This document shows positions 53,393-64,000 of a stretch of DNA of 64,000 bases, piece by piece. Position numbers and translations under genes: made by a program. The DNA comes from an uncultured cyanobacterium (GTDB lineage Bacteria; Cyanobacteriota; Cyanobacteriia; Cyanobacteriales; Nostocaceae): positions 2,528,001 to 2,592,000 of the forward strand of contig OY970166.1 in the NCBI GenBank assembly GCA_963706595.1, in the 5' to 3' direction. Each line of letters opens with the position of its first letter. The stretch's first letter is position 1. The notes under the pieces were generated by a model, which made no database searches, was not told the DNA's origin, and worked only from the letters and a program-made list of their open reading frames with translations.

Positions 53393-53708
53393 AATATTAC
53401 TTAACAATCTGGTAATTAAACGACTGCCATCAGCCAAAATTAGAGATTGATCATCAAACTGGTTTAGAATTATTTACACAGGTCTAATTAAACAGTAGCC
53501 TTTGTAGAGCTTTTGGTAGAGCTAGTTTACCTAAAACTAAATCAGGCAATTGGTAGACATAAAATTAAAATGCTTACACTTCTGGGTTTAAGCAAGAAAA
53601 AAATGTGAGCATTTGTGATCATTTTTGAAACAGTCCCAAAACAGGAAATCTCAGGGAAAACCTGAAGATTGACTGCTCATCAACCATTCGTAAAGGAGTA
53701 TCACACCA

Positions 53709-53813
53709 ATGGGCGGCGAAATTCTCAATGCAGCGCTATTGTCTTTCGGCTTAATCTTCGTGGGTTGGGCTTTAGGTGCTTTGTTACTGAAAATTCAGGG
53801 CGCAGAGGAATAA
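53709..53813 (+). CDS. petM: Cytochrome b6f subunit VII
   Basis: Manual translation [43 protein letters not shown]; below the ORF-track cutoff. Confidence 0.93.
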   Translation: MGGEILNAALLSFGLIFVGWALGALLLKIQGAEE

Positions 53814-53821
53814 TCCTCATA

Positions 53822-53946
53822 GAAGAGGCAGGGGAGCAGGGAGCAGGGAGCAGGGGGGAGTGAGAAATCCGGGTTTAAACTTCCGGTTACTTAACAAACG
53901 TTCCTCTTCTTCCCCACTCCCCACTCCCCACTCCCCCCTCCCCCCT
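53822..53946. repeat. Composite STRR element, same family as 7135-7296
   Basis: AGGGAGC arm, core TTTAAACTTCCGGTTACTTA, CCCCACT arm. Confidence 0.8.
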
Positions 53947-54036
53947 CATGTTTATTAAAATAACGTAAACTTTTGTTTAGAGAGCTAATTCTGTTAAGAT
54001 TCATTTCATAAAAGTTAAAAATTTAAAACTACCCTC

Positions 54037-55041
54037 ATGACTTTATTAATCGTCGGTGCCACTGGCACCTTAGGAAGACAAGTGGCTCGTCGTGCTATCG
54101 ATGAGGGGCATAAAGTACGCTGTCTGGTGCGGAGTCCTAAAAGAGCTGCATTTCTCAAAGAATGGGGTGCGGAATTAGTGCGGGGAGATTTGTGTAACCC
54201 CGAAAGCCTCACAGCAGCGCTGTCAGGTGTAACAGCAGTCATTGATGCGGCAACATCTCGTGCTACAGATTCACTGACTATTAAACAAGTCGATTGGGAT
54301 GGACAGGTAGCATTAATTCAAGCTGCCAAAGCTGCGGGTGTAGAACGTTTTATATTCTTTTCTATTCTTGATGCCGAGAAGTATCCTGAAGTGCCACTGA
54401 TGGAAATTAAGCGGTGTACAGAAGTATTTTTAGCTGAATCTGGTATAAATTACACAATTTTACGGTTAGCTGGCTTTATGCAAGGCTTAATCGGTCAATA
54501 TGGTATTCCGATTTTGGAAAATCAACCGGTTTGGGTAACTGGTAATTCTTCGCCCGTGGCTTATATGGACACTTTGGACATTGCTAAATTTGCAATTCGC
54601 AGTTTGAGTGTGCCAGAAACCCAGAATAAAGCTTTCCCTGTAGTGGGTACTCGCCCTTGGAGTGCTGAAGAAATCATTGGTTTGTGTGAGCGTTTGTCGG
54701 GTAAAGATGCCAGAATCACCCGAATGCCAATTAACCTGCTGCGTACCATCCGCCGCATCATCCGCTTCTTTCAGTGGGGCTGGAACGTTGCAGACAGATT
54801 GGAGTTTACAGAAGTCTTAGCCAGTGGTAGACCGTTAAATGCGCCAATGGATGAGGTATACCAAGTTTTTGGCTTAGACCAAGGACAAACCACAACTCTG
54901 GAAAGCTACCTGCAAGAGTATTTCAGTCGCATTATGAAGAAGCTCAAAGAGTTAGACTACGAGAAAACTAAATCGAGAAACAAAAAACAGAAGCCGAAAA
55001 AAACTCCCTTTAAACAATCTTCCAAAGCTAATAGTCAATAA
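54037..55041 (+). CDS. ycf39: Ycf39-like atypical SDR (photosystem II assembly factor)
   Basis: GATGTLG, FLKEWGAELV, VPLMEIK, WNVADRL. Confidence 0.88.
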   Translation: MTLLIVGATGTLGRQVARRAIDEGHKVRCLVRSPKRAAFLKEWGAELVRGDLCNPESLTAALSGVTAVIDAATSRATDSLTIKQVDWDGQVALIQAAKAAGVERFIFFSILDAEKYPEVPLMEIKRCTEVFLAESGINYTILRLAGFMQGLIGQYGIPILENQPVWVTGNSSPVAYMDTLDIAKFAIRSLSVPETQNKAFPVVGTRPWSAEEIIGLCERLSGKDARITRMPINLLRTIRRIIRFFQWGWNVADRLEFTEVLASGRPLNAPMDEVYQVFGLDQGQTTTLESYLQEYFSRIMKKLKELDYEKTKSRNKKQKPKKTPFKQSSKANSQ

Positions 55042-55044
55042 AAT

Positions 55045-55163
55045 TATTAGTCATTAGTCATTGGTCATTGGTCATTAGTCATTAGTCATTGGGAAGTTTA
55101 TTCTCCCCTGCCCCCTGCCCCCTGCCCCCGTTCCTCTTCTCCCCCCTGCCCCCCTGCCTCTTC
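55045..55163. repeat. STRR heptamer array (CATTAGT/CATTGGT then CCCCTGC)
   Basis: Visible tandem heptamers; inverted relative of 23258-23385. Confidence 0.85.
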
Positions 55164-55264
55164 AGGGGTTTGAGCTAATTTTTTTCGAGACTAATGACTA
55201 CATTGCCCAAAATATGTCACGATGACAGAAGTAAAAAGCATCTTTTAATCTTGGATATTTGAGT

Positions 55265-56182
55265 GTGCCGAAAGCAGGCATTATTTACAATGACGTTAAA
55301 CCGATAGCGGCTCGCATCGCTATCGAACTGAAAGACAGTCTCACCGCAGCCGGTTGGGATGTAGTTGTCACCAGAAGTATTGGTGGTATATTGGGCTACT
55401 CTAACCCAGAGAGTCCTGTGTGCCACACGCCCATTGAAGGACTGACTCCTCCTGGTTTTGACTCAGAAATGAAGTTTGCTGTGGTCTTAGGGGGAGATGG
55501 CACTGTTTTAGCAGCTTCGCGTCTAGTCGCTCCGGCTGGTATTCCCCTGTTAACGGTGAATACTGGTCACATGGGATTTTTGACGGAAACTTACATAAAT
55601 CAACTGCCGCAAGCCATAGAGATGGCAATGGCGGGTGATTTTGAAATCGAAGAACAATCCATGCTCACCGTGAAGGTGTTTCGCGGTGAGTCTGTGTTGT
55701 GGGAAGCTTTGTGCTTAAACGAAATGGTTTTGCATCGAGAACCATTAACTTCGATGTGCCATTTTGAAATTGCGGTAGGGCGACACGCACCAGTGGATAT
55801 TGCTGCCGATGGTGTGATAGTTTCTACCCCCACAGGTTCCACAGCTTATTCATTAAGCGCTGGTGGTCCGGTGATCACTCCGGGTGTACCTGTGTTGCAG
55901 TTAGTCCCCATTTGTCCCCACTCCCTAGCTTCCAGGGCGTTGGTATTTCCAGATACGGAAATAGTCAACATTTACGCAGTTAATATTCCTCGACTGGTGA
56001 TGGTAGTAGATGGGAATGGGGGATGTTATATTTTCCCAGAAGATCGGGTAAATTTAGAGCGATCGCACTACAAAGTCCGATTCATTCGCCTACAACCTCC
56101 GGAATTCTTCCGCATTTTGCGAGAAAAGCTCGGTTGGGGTCTACCACATATCGCCAAACCAACATCAGTAGAGTTACCCTAG
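55265..56182 (+). CDS. nadK: NAD(+) kinase
   Basis: [34 protein letters not shown] start. Confidence 0.95.
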   Translation: MPKAGIIYNDVKPIAARIAIELKDSLTAAGWDVVVTRSIGGILGYSNPESPVCHTPIEGLTPPGFDSEMKFAVVLGGDGTVLAASRLVAPAGIPLLTVNTGHMGFLTETYINQLPQAIEMAMAGDFEIEEQSMLTVKVFRGESVLWEALCLNEMVLHREPLTSMCHFEIAVGRHAPVDIAADGVIVSTPTGSTAYSLSAGGPVITPGVPVLQLVPICPHSLASRALVFPDTEIVNIYAVNIPRLVMVVDGNGGCYIFPEDRVNLERSHYKVRFIRLQPPEFFRILREKLGWGLPHIAKPTSVELP

Positions 56183-56383
56183 TACCGCAGGGCTACCGTA
56201 GGACGGAAGTCAAAAGTCAAACAATTTTAGATTTTAGATTTTAGATTTTAGATTTTAGATTGACACCACAGATAAATCTGGGGGCTTGTACCATTAAGGA
56301 ACTATTGGTCAAAAGTCAAAAGTCTTGATTTTGGGATTTGGAAATTTTTGAACTGGTATACCTATATACGCCTTGCGGTAATA
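56180..56383. mobile_element. MITE-like element with internal heptamer repeats
   Basis: Imperfect TIRs TAGTACCGCAGGGC / GCCTTGCGGTAATA enclosing GTCAAAA and TTTTAGA tandem repeats. Confidence 0.65.
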
Positions 56384-56631
56384 GTACAAATAAATCAGCT
56401 TCGTTAAATATAGCGATCGCGCTATAAGTCCACAATCAAATTCTCAAACACCATCAGGAATTAGGAATCAGGGATAAAAATTGCATCTGATAACTCAATG
56501 GCTGATACTTAACTGTGTTAAAACACTCAGCATTACCATCAGAAAAAGCCGCAATTAAATATCTAGCTGATTTATGGACTTTCTTCTGAAGGTCTAGACA
56601 ATCTCAAATCCCCAATCCAAGATTCCAAATT

Positions 56632-57321
56632 ATGATGACAATTGCTCACAGTCCCTGTGTTCTGGTGATTGAAACCGATGAAAGTTTAGCAAATCAGTTG
56701 TCCTTTGATTTGCGAGAAGCCGGTTATGAAGCGATTTTGGCTAATGATGCAGCTAGCGGTTTACAATACTGTCGCGATCGCCAACCTGCTTTAATTGTTG
56801 TAGACCGGATGCTCTCAGGAGAATCAGGACTCTCGCTGTGTAGAAATCTCAGAACTGCTGGGATGTGCGCCCCTGTTTTGGTACTCATGGCCAGAGATAC
56901 AGTAGATGACCGGGTAGCTTGTTTAGAAGCTGGGGCTGATGATTACGTCCTCAAGCCTTATCGCCCAGAAGACTTTTTGAAGTTGATTCGCCTCTATTTA
57001 AAACCTGAAGTTGATACCAGCGAACAGTTACGCTTTGGGGATTTAATTTTAGATGTCGCCACCCGTCGCGCCATACATAACGGGCGGACAATTGACTTAA
57101 CCATGAAAGAATTTGAACTCTTAAAATTCTTAATGGAACACCCCCGCGAAGTATTAACCCGCGAACAAATTTTGGAAAATGTTTGGGGTTACGACTTTAT
57201 GGGTGAGTCGAATGTCATAGAAGTTTACATCCGCTATTTACGCCTCAAAATTGAAGATGAAAGTCACAAGCGTCTGATTCAAACAGTGCGCGGTGTGGGC
57301 TATGTTTTACGTGAGTCTTAA
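56632..57321 (+). CDS. nblR: OmpR-family response regulator NblR
   Basis: Atypical REC (VIETDE, LMARD) plus wHTH SNVIEVYIRYLRLK; next to NAD kinase. Confidence 0.85.
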   Translation: MMTIAHSPCVLVIETDESLANQLSFDLREAGYEAILANDAASGLQYCRDRQPALIVVDRMLSGESGLSLCRNLRTAGMCAPVLVLMARDTVDDRVACLEAGADDYVLKPYRPEDFLKLIRLYLKPEVDTSEQLRFGDLILDVATRRAIHNGRTIDLTMKEFELLKFLMEHPREVLTREQILENVWGYDFMGESNVIEVYIRYLRLKIEDESHKRLIQTVRGVGYVLRES

Positions 57322-57360
57322 AGTTAAGATTAAAATTACCGCAAAAATTAGGAATTAAAT

Positions 57361-57726
57361 ATGGCAGATGCAAAAAACGTACTAGGGACAGACCTGGAGA
57401 GTTGCTGTACATCTCCCATGACTGGCTATTACCGCGACGGGTTTTGTACTACAGGTGGTCAAGATTTTGGGATGCACGTTGTTTGCGCCCAAGTCACAGC
57501 AGAATTTTTAGAATATACCAAATTGCAGGGGAATGACCTCAGCACACCAGTTCCCCAATTTAATTTTCCCGGATTACGGCCAGGCGATCGCTGGTGTTTA
57601 TGTGCAGCACGTTGGCAAGAAGCCTTAGAAGCTGGGGTTGCGCCTCCAGTTGTCCTTGCAGCCACCCATGCTAGAGCCATAGAAGCCTGTTCTCTAGAAG
57701 ATTTACAAAAACACGCCGTAAACTAA
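57361..57726 (+). CDS. DUF2237 family protein
   Basis: NVLG, TGYYRDGFC, GNDLSTP, PGDRWCLCAARW. Confidence 0.9.
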   Translation: MADAKNVLGTDLESCCTSPMTGYYRDGFCTTGGQDFGMHVVCAQVTAEFLEYTKLQGNDLSTPVPQFNFPGLRPGDRWCLCAARWQEALEAGVAPPVVLAATHARAIEACSLEDLQKHAVN

Positions 57727-57832
57727 TATTTTGTCAAAAAATAATTGACGGATATATTTTCTGTAGAGACGGCGATTTATCGCGTCTCTCCAACCGTCAA
57801 AATAGTTTTGATAGACTACTAGGCATCGGGTA

Positions 57833-59230
57833 TCAATCAGGTAAGTTACGCGGCGGTACAGTTCTCCCCTCGTAAAATTGCTTCTCAAGTTTAGTCAGTC
57901 CTAACCATGCGGCTCCAAGGACCAGGGGTGTGATAGTCTCAAGGGCAACGGCTAAAACTGACGTAGTATCAAAATATAGTCCCAATATGGGAATACTTGC
58001 TAAAGCCAATACGGCGATAATTCCACACCAAAATCTTAGGCGTTTAATCTGTGCGATCGCACCTCGACAACTGGCACAATGGACAGTATGAGAATGATAC
58101 CTCTCTAACAAATCTTCTTTAAATATTGCTGGCGGGAAACTTTCACCCGGAAAAGGTTCAGCCTTGTATTGGTTCACCCACTGACGCAACTCAAACACAA
58201 AACTATCAGCTTTAGTAGCTAGATAAAACGCCTTAGTAAAATTAGCGCTACCCCCCTTCGCTGCTAAATAACGTTCTTGATAGTGCAGAAAAATTTGGTC
58301 ATCTTCCAAAACACCATTTTGTCCAATATGAACGTACCAGCGTGGTCTCAGCTTAATCAATAACCCCGGTAGTTTCGAGGGAAACTTAAAGGGAAAACGA
58401 GCAAATAAACGACACTCGCCCTTACGGATAGGTGTAGCATAAACACTTGTGATAACTCTGCCACGATCCGAGTTAATATCATGCCACATCAAAGCCGGGG
58501 CGACAAAGGTTGTCGATAACTTTCCCGTTTGATTAGGTTTTAAACCTTGCTTCCAAATGCCCTTAAATCCTTGTTTTCCCGATTCCACTACCTCCAAACC
58601 CAAAGGTGCTGCATTCTTCCTATTGCCCACCGTTTCATGATGTGTGAAAGATATATGACTGGGGTCGAGGATATTTTCCAGCAATGTCAGGGCATCATAA
58701 GGGACATCTCTAAAAGTGTTAATTACTACCCAACCCTCAGAAGATTCTTGCAGGGGTTCAATCACAGGGACTTTGGTGTTTGTCGCATTTTCAGGTTTAC
58801 CGGCGAACACAAATAATAGTCCTTGGCGTTCCGTGGTGGGTAAAGATGTCGCACAAGCACGTTTAGAAATCTCTGCTGTTCCACCTGCGACTTGTTGGGG
58901 AATGCGTTGACAATGACCATCTCCAGAGAAAGACCAACCGTGGTAAGGACACTCTAACAGCCCATCTTCGTTAATTCTACCTTCAGAAAGCGGTGCTAAA
59001 CGGTGAGGACATTGGTCTACAAAAGCTTGCCAAGATTGAGTTTTTCTATCCCACCAAATGACAATATCTTTACCCAGTAAAGTAAACGGTGTAGGTTTGG
59101 ATTTCTCTAAATCTTCCAGGTAGTGGACAGGATACCATGCTTCTTGCCAATCAAAGCAATCAGGATCATCACCACCGGGAAAGATTTCTTCTACAGAATT
59201 ATTGCCTAAATTAGGCTTGATCTCCAGCAT
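57833..59230 (-). CDS. Rieske non-heme oxygenase, pheophorbide a oxygenase (PaO/Tic55) family
   Basis: CPHR...CPYHGW Rieske motif, ENILDPSHISFTH iron site, CASC, two C-terminal TM helices. Confidence 0.9.
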   Translation of the reverse strand: MLEIKPNLGNNSVEEIFPGGDDPDCFDWQEAWYPVHYLEDLEKSKPTPFTLLGKDIVIWWDRKTQSWQAFVDQCPHRLAPLSEGRINEDGLLECPYHGWSFSGDGHCQRIPQQVAGGTAEISKRACATSLPTTERQGLLFVFAGKPENATNTKVPVIEPLQESSEGWVVINTFRDVPYDALTLLENILDPSHISFTHHETVGNRKNAAPLGLEVVESGKQGFKGIWKQGLKPNQTGKLSTTFVAPALMWHDINSDRGRVITSVYATPIRKGECRLFARFPFKFPSKLPGLLIKLRPRWYVHIGQNGVLEDDQIFLHYQERYLAAKGGSANFTKAFYLATKADSFVFELRQWVNQYKAEPFPGESFPPAIFKEDLLERYHSHTVHCASCRGAIAQIKRLRFWCGIIAVLALASIPILGLYFDTTSVLAVALETITPLVLGAAWLGLTKLEKQFYEGRTVPPRNLPD

Positions 59231-59394
59231 TTTCTTAAATTAGAAATTTTAATTAAAAGTGATAATAAAATGTATTTTTGGTGTTGGCTTTCCTTCCATT
59301 GCTCCGCAACGCTAAAGCTAACAACCCAACCAACTTTAATTATACAGCTATTTTTAAGTAAATAGACCACGCGGTAGGGGCGCAAGATGTAAAT

Positions 59395-59513
59395 TACAGC
59401 AATTTTCATGTAATTAGACCACGCGCTGATATCTGTATTTCTTTCTTCCTTTGCGCCTTTGCGCCTTTGCGTGAGATATAAAGATGTAGTTCATTTAGCT
59501 GAAAATCGCTGTA
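59395..59513. mobile_element. Small MITE-like element; inverted relative at about 47445-47553
   Basis: TACAGCAATTTTCA...TGAAAATCGCTGTA ends with internal CTTTGCGC repeats; the 47.5 kb copy shares TTTTCATGT..TTAGACCAC and TGCGTGAGA. Confidence 0.6.
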
Positions 59514-59538
59514 ATTCTTCTCCAACCTCAAAAGTCAA

Positions 59539-59997
59539 TTAACGTCGCGCCTTCTTCTCAAAATACTGCTGATGTTCTGCTGTGGCTAAATAGTATTCAC
59601 TAGCAGGTTTAATTTGGGTGACAATATTTTGCTCAAATTTGCCAGACATCTGAAGTTTTGCCTTTGACTGCTGCGCCATTTCCGACTGCTGCGCGTTGTG
59701 GCAAAATATCACAGACCTATATTGTTCTCCTTTATCTGCACCTTGGCGGTTGAGAGTCGTCGGGTCATGGATACCCCAAAAAACCGCTAGCAAATCATCA
59801 TAACTTACAGATTTAGGGTCATACTCCACCTGCACAACTTCCGCATGACCTGTAATTCTCGATAACACATCCAAATAACACGGGTTAGGAAAATGCCCAC
59901 CCATGTAACCAACTGAGGTTGATTTTACCCCTTCCACCTTGCGAAATGCTGCCTCCACTCCCCAAAAACAGCCAGCACCAAAGGTCGCTTTTTCCAT
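59539..59997 (-). CDS. msrA: Peptide methionine sulfoxide reductase A
   Basis: GAGCFWGVE, TGHAEVV, HDPTTLNRQG, QYRS. Confidence 0.96.
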   Translation of the reverse strand: MEKATFGAGCFWGVEAAFRKVEGVKSTSVGYMGGHFPNPCYLDVLSRITGHAEVVQVEYDPKSVSYDDLLAVFWGIHDPTTLNRQGADKGEQYRSVIFCHNAQQSEMAQQSKAKLQMSGKFEQNIVTQIKPASEYYLATAEHQQYFEKKARR

Positions 59998-60185
59998 AAC
60001 AGTTTGCAATTTGAATTCTTTGAAAATACTAACGTGCTGGCTGAGGATGTTTTAAACAAGCATAGGGACTTACTCGAAATAAAGATGCATAAAAAGAACC
60101 CCTCCCTAACCCTCCCCGCAAGCGAGGAGGGAACCGGATTTTTGTGGTGTAGTGAATTTTAAAACATCCTCTGAAAATCAAATCT

Positions 60186-61721
60186 TCAAGTTTGCTTCTG
60201 ATATACAGGTGCAAGCCCATCAATCGCCGGGCCATTGATTACCTTACCCTTAGCACCAAACCGTGAACCATGACAAGGACAATCCCAAGTTTGTTCGGAA
60301 GAATTCCAAGCAACGATACATTTCAAATGGCTACAGACTGCGGAATGCTCATGTAAAGTGCCGTTTTCGTCTCGGTAGGCGGCGATTTTAGTTAAACCCT
60401 GACGCACCACTGCACCTGTCCCGGCGGGAATCTTTTCTACAGAATCAACTTCCCCTGGTGTTATCCAATCTAAATACTGAGCAGCAATGTTAATATTCTC
60501 AGAGACAAAATCACCTGTTGCGCCAATTCTGGTTCTTAATGGGTCGTAAACTTCAGCCCAGGTATTTCTTCGCCCCAAAATCAGATCATTGAGCAGCATT
60601 CCGGCAATTGTGCCGTGGGTCATGCCTAAACCTGTATCACCAGTGGCGATGTAAATATTATCCTCATCTAGGGGGTTTTTGCCAATGTAGGCAATGCCAT
60701 CATCAGCGTTCATCACTTGACCCGACCAGCGAAATAACCTCTCTGTCGCCATTGGGAAACGTTCTCTTGTCCACACTTCTAGTCTGGCATATCGGGCATC
60801 AGCATCATTAGCTTGTCCGGTTTTGTGGTCTTCGCCACCCACAATCAAAACATCATATTGTTCATCGAGATTTTGCAGGCGGATGTAGTGATAGGGGTCG
60901 AGAGTATCCCAATAAAGGGCTTTGGTAATGGAATCGCGAGGAACTTTGATCCCAATCACAAATGTCATGTAAGCCGCCTGCTTGAAGTGCATGGTAGCTA
61001 AGTTACTAATTGGGGAATTGGTGGCTACAACTACAGCATCAGCTGTAACTACTTGACCATTGCTGGTTTCTACACGGGCAGTTACACCACCTGAAATTTT
61101 TTGTACGTGTGTTCCTGTATAAATTCTCCCGCCACGGCGTTGAATTGCTTGGGCTAATCCGGCTAAGTATTTCAGGGGGTCAAATTGTCCTTGGTGGGGA
61201 AAGCGCAGACACATTCCTGTATCAAAGCCATTTACTGGTGCTTGGGGGACGAGTTCCACACTCGTTAATCCGGCGCGATGTGCTGCGGCTAATTCTTGCT
61301 GCATCTCATCCACAGATTCCAGGTCAGGAGAAAAGAGATAACCGTTGAGTCGCTCAAAGTCACAGTCGATTTGTTCACGAGATGCGATCGCCTGTATAGT
61401 ATCAATTGCTTTGGTATGACTTTCGGCAATCTGTCTTGTCCGCTCTTGCCCGTGAATATCCTCAAGTTCAAAGTAACGATGATACAAGACATTAGAAAGG
61501 TGTGCCGTTGTTCGGCAAGTTTGACCCCCACCAATCGGTCCGTCATCTAGCACTACGACTGATTTACCTTCACGACTTAGCATATAAGCCGTGGACATCC
61601 CCGCCATCCCTGCACCGACGACGCACACATCAGCATGAATGTTTTGGGCTAGTACAGATTGATCTGGTACATCTGCTGTGGTCATCCAAATAGAAGTTGT
61701 TTTCCCAGAGTCGTTTTGCAT
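60186..61721 (-). CDS. FAD-dependent oxidoreductase with C-terminal Rieske domain (YhfW-like)
   Basis: GAGMAG, DAO-like body, CSHLKC...WDCPCHGSRF. Confidence 0.9.
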   Translation of the reverse strand: MQNDSGKTTSIWMTTADVPDQSVLAQNIHADVCVVGAGMAGMSTAYMLSREGKSVVVLDDGPIGGGQTCRTTAHLSNVLYHRYFELEDIHGQERTRQIAESHTKAIDTIQAIASREQIDCDFERLNGYLFSPDLESVDEMQQELAAAHRAGLTSVELVPQAPVNGFDTGMCLRFPHQGQFDPLKYLAGLAQAIQRRGGRIYTGTHVQKISGGVTARVETSNGQVVTADAVVVATNSPISNLATMHFKQAAYMTFVIGIKVPRDSITKALYWDTLDPYHYIRLQNLDEQYDVLIVGGEDHKTGQANDADARYARLEVWTRERFPMATERLFRWSGQVMNADDGIAYIGKNPLDEDNIYIATGDTGLGMTHGTIAGMLLNDLILGRRNTWAEVYDPLRTRIGATGDFVSENINIAAQYLDWITPGEVDSVEKIPAGTGAVVRQGLTKIAAYRDENGTLHEHSAVCSHLKCIVAWNSSEQTWDCPCHGSRFGAKGKVINGPAIDGLAPVYQKQT

Positions 61722-62210
61722 ATTTTTGTAGTTTTTCAAGTCTAAATTATCTGCTGATAGCAGGTTATTGAAATCATAAATTCTGTACGATTCTAAATCT
61801 AATTTCTTAGTGATATATCTGCTGAATGATAGACTTTGATAATCTACTTTTTTGGTGAATAAATTTTTAAACTTTAATTATATATGATTCCTATTTTAGG
61901 TCTAAGAAAACAGTGAATATCTATCCTTGATTTTATGTCTATTGTTATATATAGACAAGCAAGTATAGCTGCCCCACGGAAGATATTCGCGATTAAATAA
62001 TTTGAACATTCACACAATAATATTCCTTTAGATATATATTTATATAGTAATCATGAAAATTCCCATAAATGTTAATATTTGGCTGTAATATAATTCCAGT
62101 CAATAGCATTTATCAAAAAATATTAATTTTAATTAAAATTATTTTATTTTTATAGTTTAAAACTGCTGAATTACCCAGCCTGAAAGCCAAAATTTAGAGA
62201 AGTTATATAT

Positions 62211-64000
62211 ATGCCACAGTATTTCGGAAAATTACCAGTAACTCACCAACCGTGGACAACTATTGGGACGGTGCAAACTGTCAGAACAAGCGATCGCACT
62301 CTCAGTTTTGTCTGTGGTGATGCACTGCTTACAATCAGCGTACTTGCTGCTAATTTAATCCGTGTACGATTTGCACCAACGGGAAAATTTATACCCCGCC
62401 GTTCTTGGGCGATCGCATTAGATGATTCAGAATGGGCCACAGTACCTTTTGAGGTGAAGGAAACAGAAACAACGGTAGAAATTATTACCGTCCAAATTCG
62501 GGTGTGTGTCCACAAGCAAAACTGCCAGATTACTTGCTTTGACAAAGCTAATCGTCCCTTTGCCCAAGATGCAGAAATGAGTATGAGTTGGCGCATGGGT
62601 GCTGTTGCAGGATGGAAAAAAATTGCCCCCAATGAACATTTTTATGGCTTTGGTGAACGCACAGGTTTTCTGGATAAACTCAGCGAAGTTAAAACTAACT
62701 GGACGGTGGATGCTTTAGATTATGATGCCCTCACTGATGCCATGTACCAAGCTATCCCGTTTTTTATGGCTTTGCGTCCTGATGTGGGTTACGGTATCTT
62801 TTTAAATTCCACTTTCTGGAGTCAGTTCGATATTGGTGTAGAACAACCTGATATCTGGAAGATGGAAACTCATGGCAATGAATTAGATTATTACATTATT
62901 TATGGTCCCGAACCTGCTCAAATTTTGCGTACATACACGCACTTAACTGGGCGGATGTCGCTACCGCCAAAATGGTCTTTAGGCTATCATCAATGTCGTT
63001 GGAGTTACGACTCCGAAAACGTAGTCCGGGAACTGGCGCGAGAATTTCGCCAACGCCGCATTCCTTGCGATGTCATTCACCTCGATATTGATTATATGCA
63101 GGGTTATCGGGTGTTTACTTGGAGTCCTAAACGCTTCTCTAACCCAGAAAAAATGATTGCTGATTTGGCTGGAGATGGTTTTAAAACAGTCACAATTATC
63201 GATCCAGGTGTGAAGTATGAACCAGAAGCTAATTATCATGTTTTCGACCAAGGAATAGATAACGATTATTTTGTGCGTAAAGCTGATGGTGTCTTGTTTC
63301 ACGGCTATGTTTGGCCGGATAAAGCTGTGTTTCCTGACTTTTTGCGGTCTGATGTGAGTAACTGGTGGGGTGATTTACACAAAAGTTTAACTGATATCGG
63401 TGTGGCGGGAATTTGGAACGATATGAATGAACCTGCTATAGATGATCGTCCTTTTGGGGATGGTGGTCAAAAAATCTGCTTTCCTTTGGATGCACCGCAG
63501 GGAGGAAATACAAATAACTTTCAATCTAAAATCCAAAATCCAAAATCTAAAATTGATGCAACTCATGGGGAGGTGCATAATTTATATGGTTTGATGATGG
63601 CGAAATCATCTCATCAAGGCTTGAAACGTCATCGTCCTACAGAGCGATCGCTTGTGTTGACGCGTTCAGGTTATGCTGGTGTGCAGCGCTGGTCTGCGGT
63701 GTGGATGGGAGATAACCAATCTTTATGGGAGCATTTGGAAATGTCTTTGCCCATGCTGTGTAATATGGGACTTTCGGGTGTGGCTTTTGTGGGTTGTGAT
63801 ATTGGTGGATTTGCAGGTAACGCTACACCGGAATTATTCGCCCGTTGGATGCAGGTAGGAATGCTTTATCCTTTAATGCGTGGTCACTCAGCTTTATCTA
63901 CAGCTCGTCATGAACCTTGGGTATTTGGAGACTTGGTTGAAAATATCTGTAGAGAGTATATTAATCTGCGTTACCAATTATTACCATACATTTACAATCT
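62211..64000 (+). CDS. Glycoside hydrolase family 31 (alpha-glucosidase), runs off the window end
   Basis: Manual reading from ATG 62211 (MPQYFGKLP...): FYGFGER, GYHQCRWSY, HLDIDYM, catalytic WNDMNEP, WMGDN, GCDIGGF. Confidence 0.93.
   Translation, partial: MPQYFGKLPVTHQPWTTIGTVQTVRTSDRTLSFVCGDALLTISVLAANLIRVRFAPTGKFIPRRSWAIALDDSEWATVPFEVKETETTVEIITVQIRVCVHKQNCQITCFDKANRPFAQDAEMSMSWRMGAVAGWKKIAPNEHFYGFGERTGFLDKLSEVKTNWTVDALDYDALTDAMYQAIPFFMALRPDVGYGIFLNSTFWSQFDIGVEQPDIWKMETHGNELDYYIIYGPEPAQILRTYTHLTGRMSLPPKWSLGYHQCRWSYDSENVVRELAREFRQRRIPCDVIHLDIDYMQGYRVFTWSPKRFSNPEKMIADLAGDGFKTVTIIDPGVKYEPEANYHVFDQGIDNDYFVRKADGVLFHGYVWPDKAVFPDFLRSDVSNWWGDLHKSLTDIGVAGIWNDMNEPAIDDRPFGDGGQKICFPLDAPQGGNTNNFQSKIQNPKSKIDATHGEVHNLYGLMMAKSSHQGLKRHRPTERSLVLTRSGYAGVQRWSAVWMGDNQSLWEHLEMSLPMLCNMGLSGVAFVGCDIGGFAGNATPELFARWMQVGMLYPLMRGHSALSTARHEPWVFGDLVENICREYINLRYQLLPYIYN

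Noticed and set aside
1..64000. tRNA, rRNA, prophage or intact transposase genes
   Set aside because: None recognised by eye; only IS607 stubs and MITE-like elements were found.

Overview
Chromosomal segment of a filamentous cyanobacterium, most likely Nostocales (abundant HIP1 GCGATCGC, heptamer STRR repeats, hrmK-like kinase, psaX, petM, flv4-2). Most of it is core genome: aroQ, topA, ndhB, lipA, natD, larE, cynS, rnd, a kdp K+ pump locus, ndhF3-ndhD3-cupA, flv4-sll0218-flv2, pdxA, ycf39, NAD kinase, nblR, msrA and a GH31 glucosidase. One accessory region lies between ndhB and a response regulator (about 9.0-21.3 kb). The best candidate for an undescribed system is a three-gene oxidative cassette at 10426-14329. 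It encodes a heme-oxygenase-like diiron enzyme resembling the aetokthonotoxin nitrile synthase AetD, a FOXRED2-like flavoprotein and a class B flavin monooxygenase, with no other aet genes, NRPS or PKS nearby. It sits between a giant Ser/Thr-kinase/His-kinase gene and a deleted remnant of a hybrid kinase. Other signals: a 45-codon ORF missed by the track (AtpTheta/Norf1-like), an internally deleted IS607 keeping the tnpB 3' end, an orphan M.PvuII-like methyltransferase, a plasmid rep-like remnant, tiny in-frame insertions at HIP1-like sites in two genes, several MITE/STRR elements, and four single-base frameshifts that may be sequencing errors. All family assignments come from motif recognition by eye and recalled sequences, not database searches.
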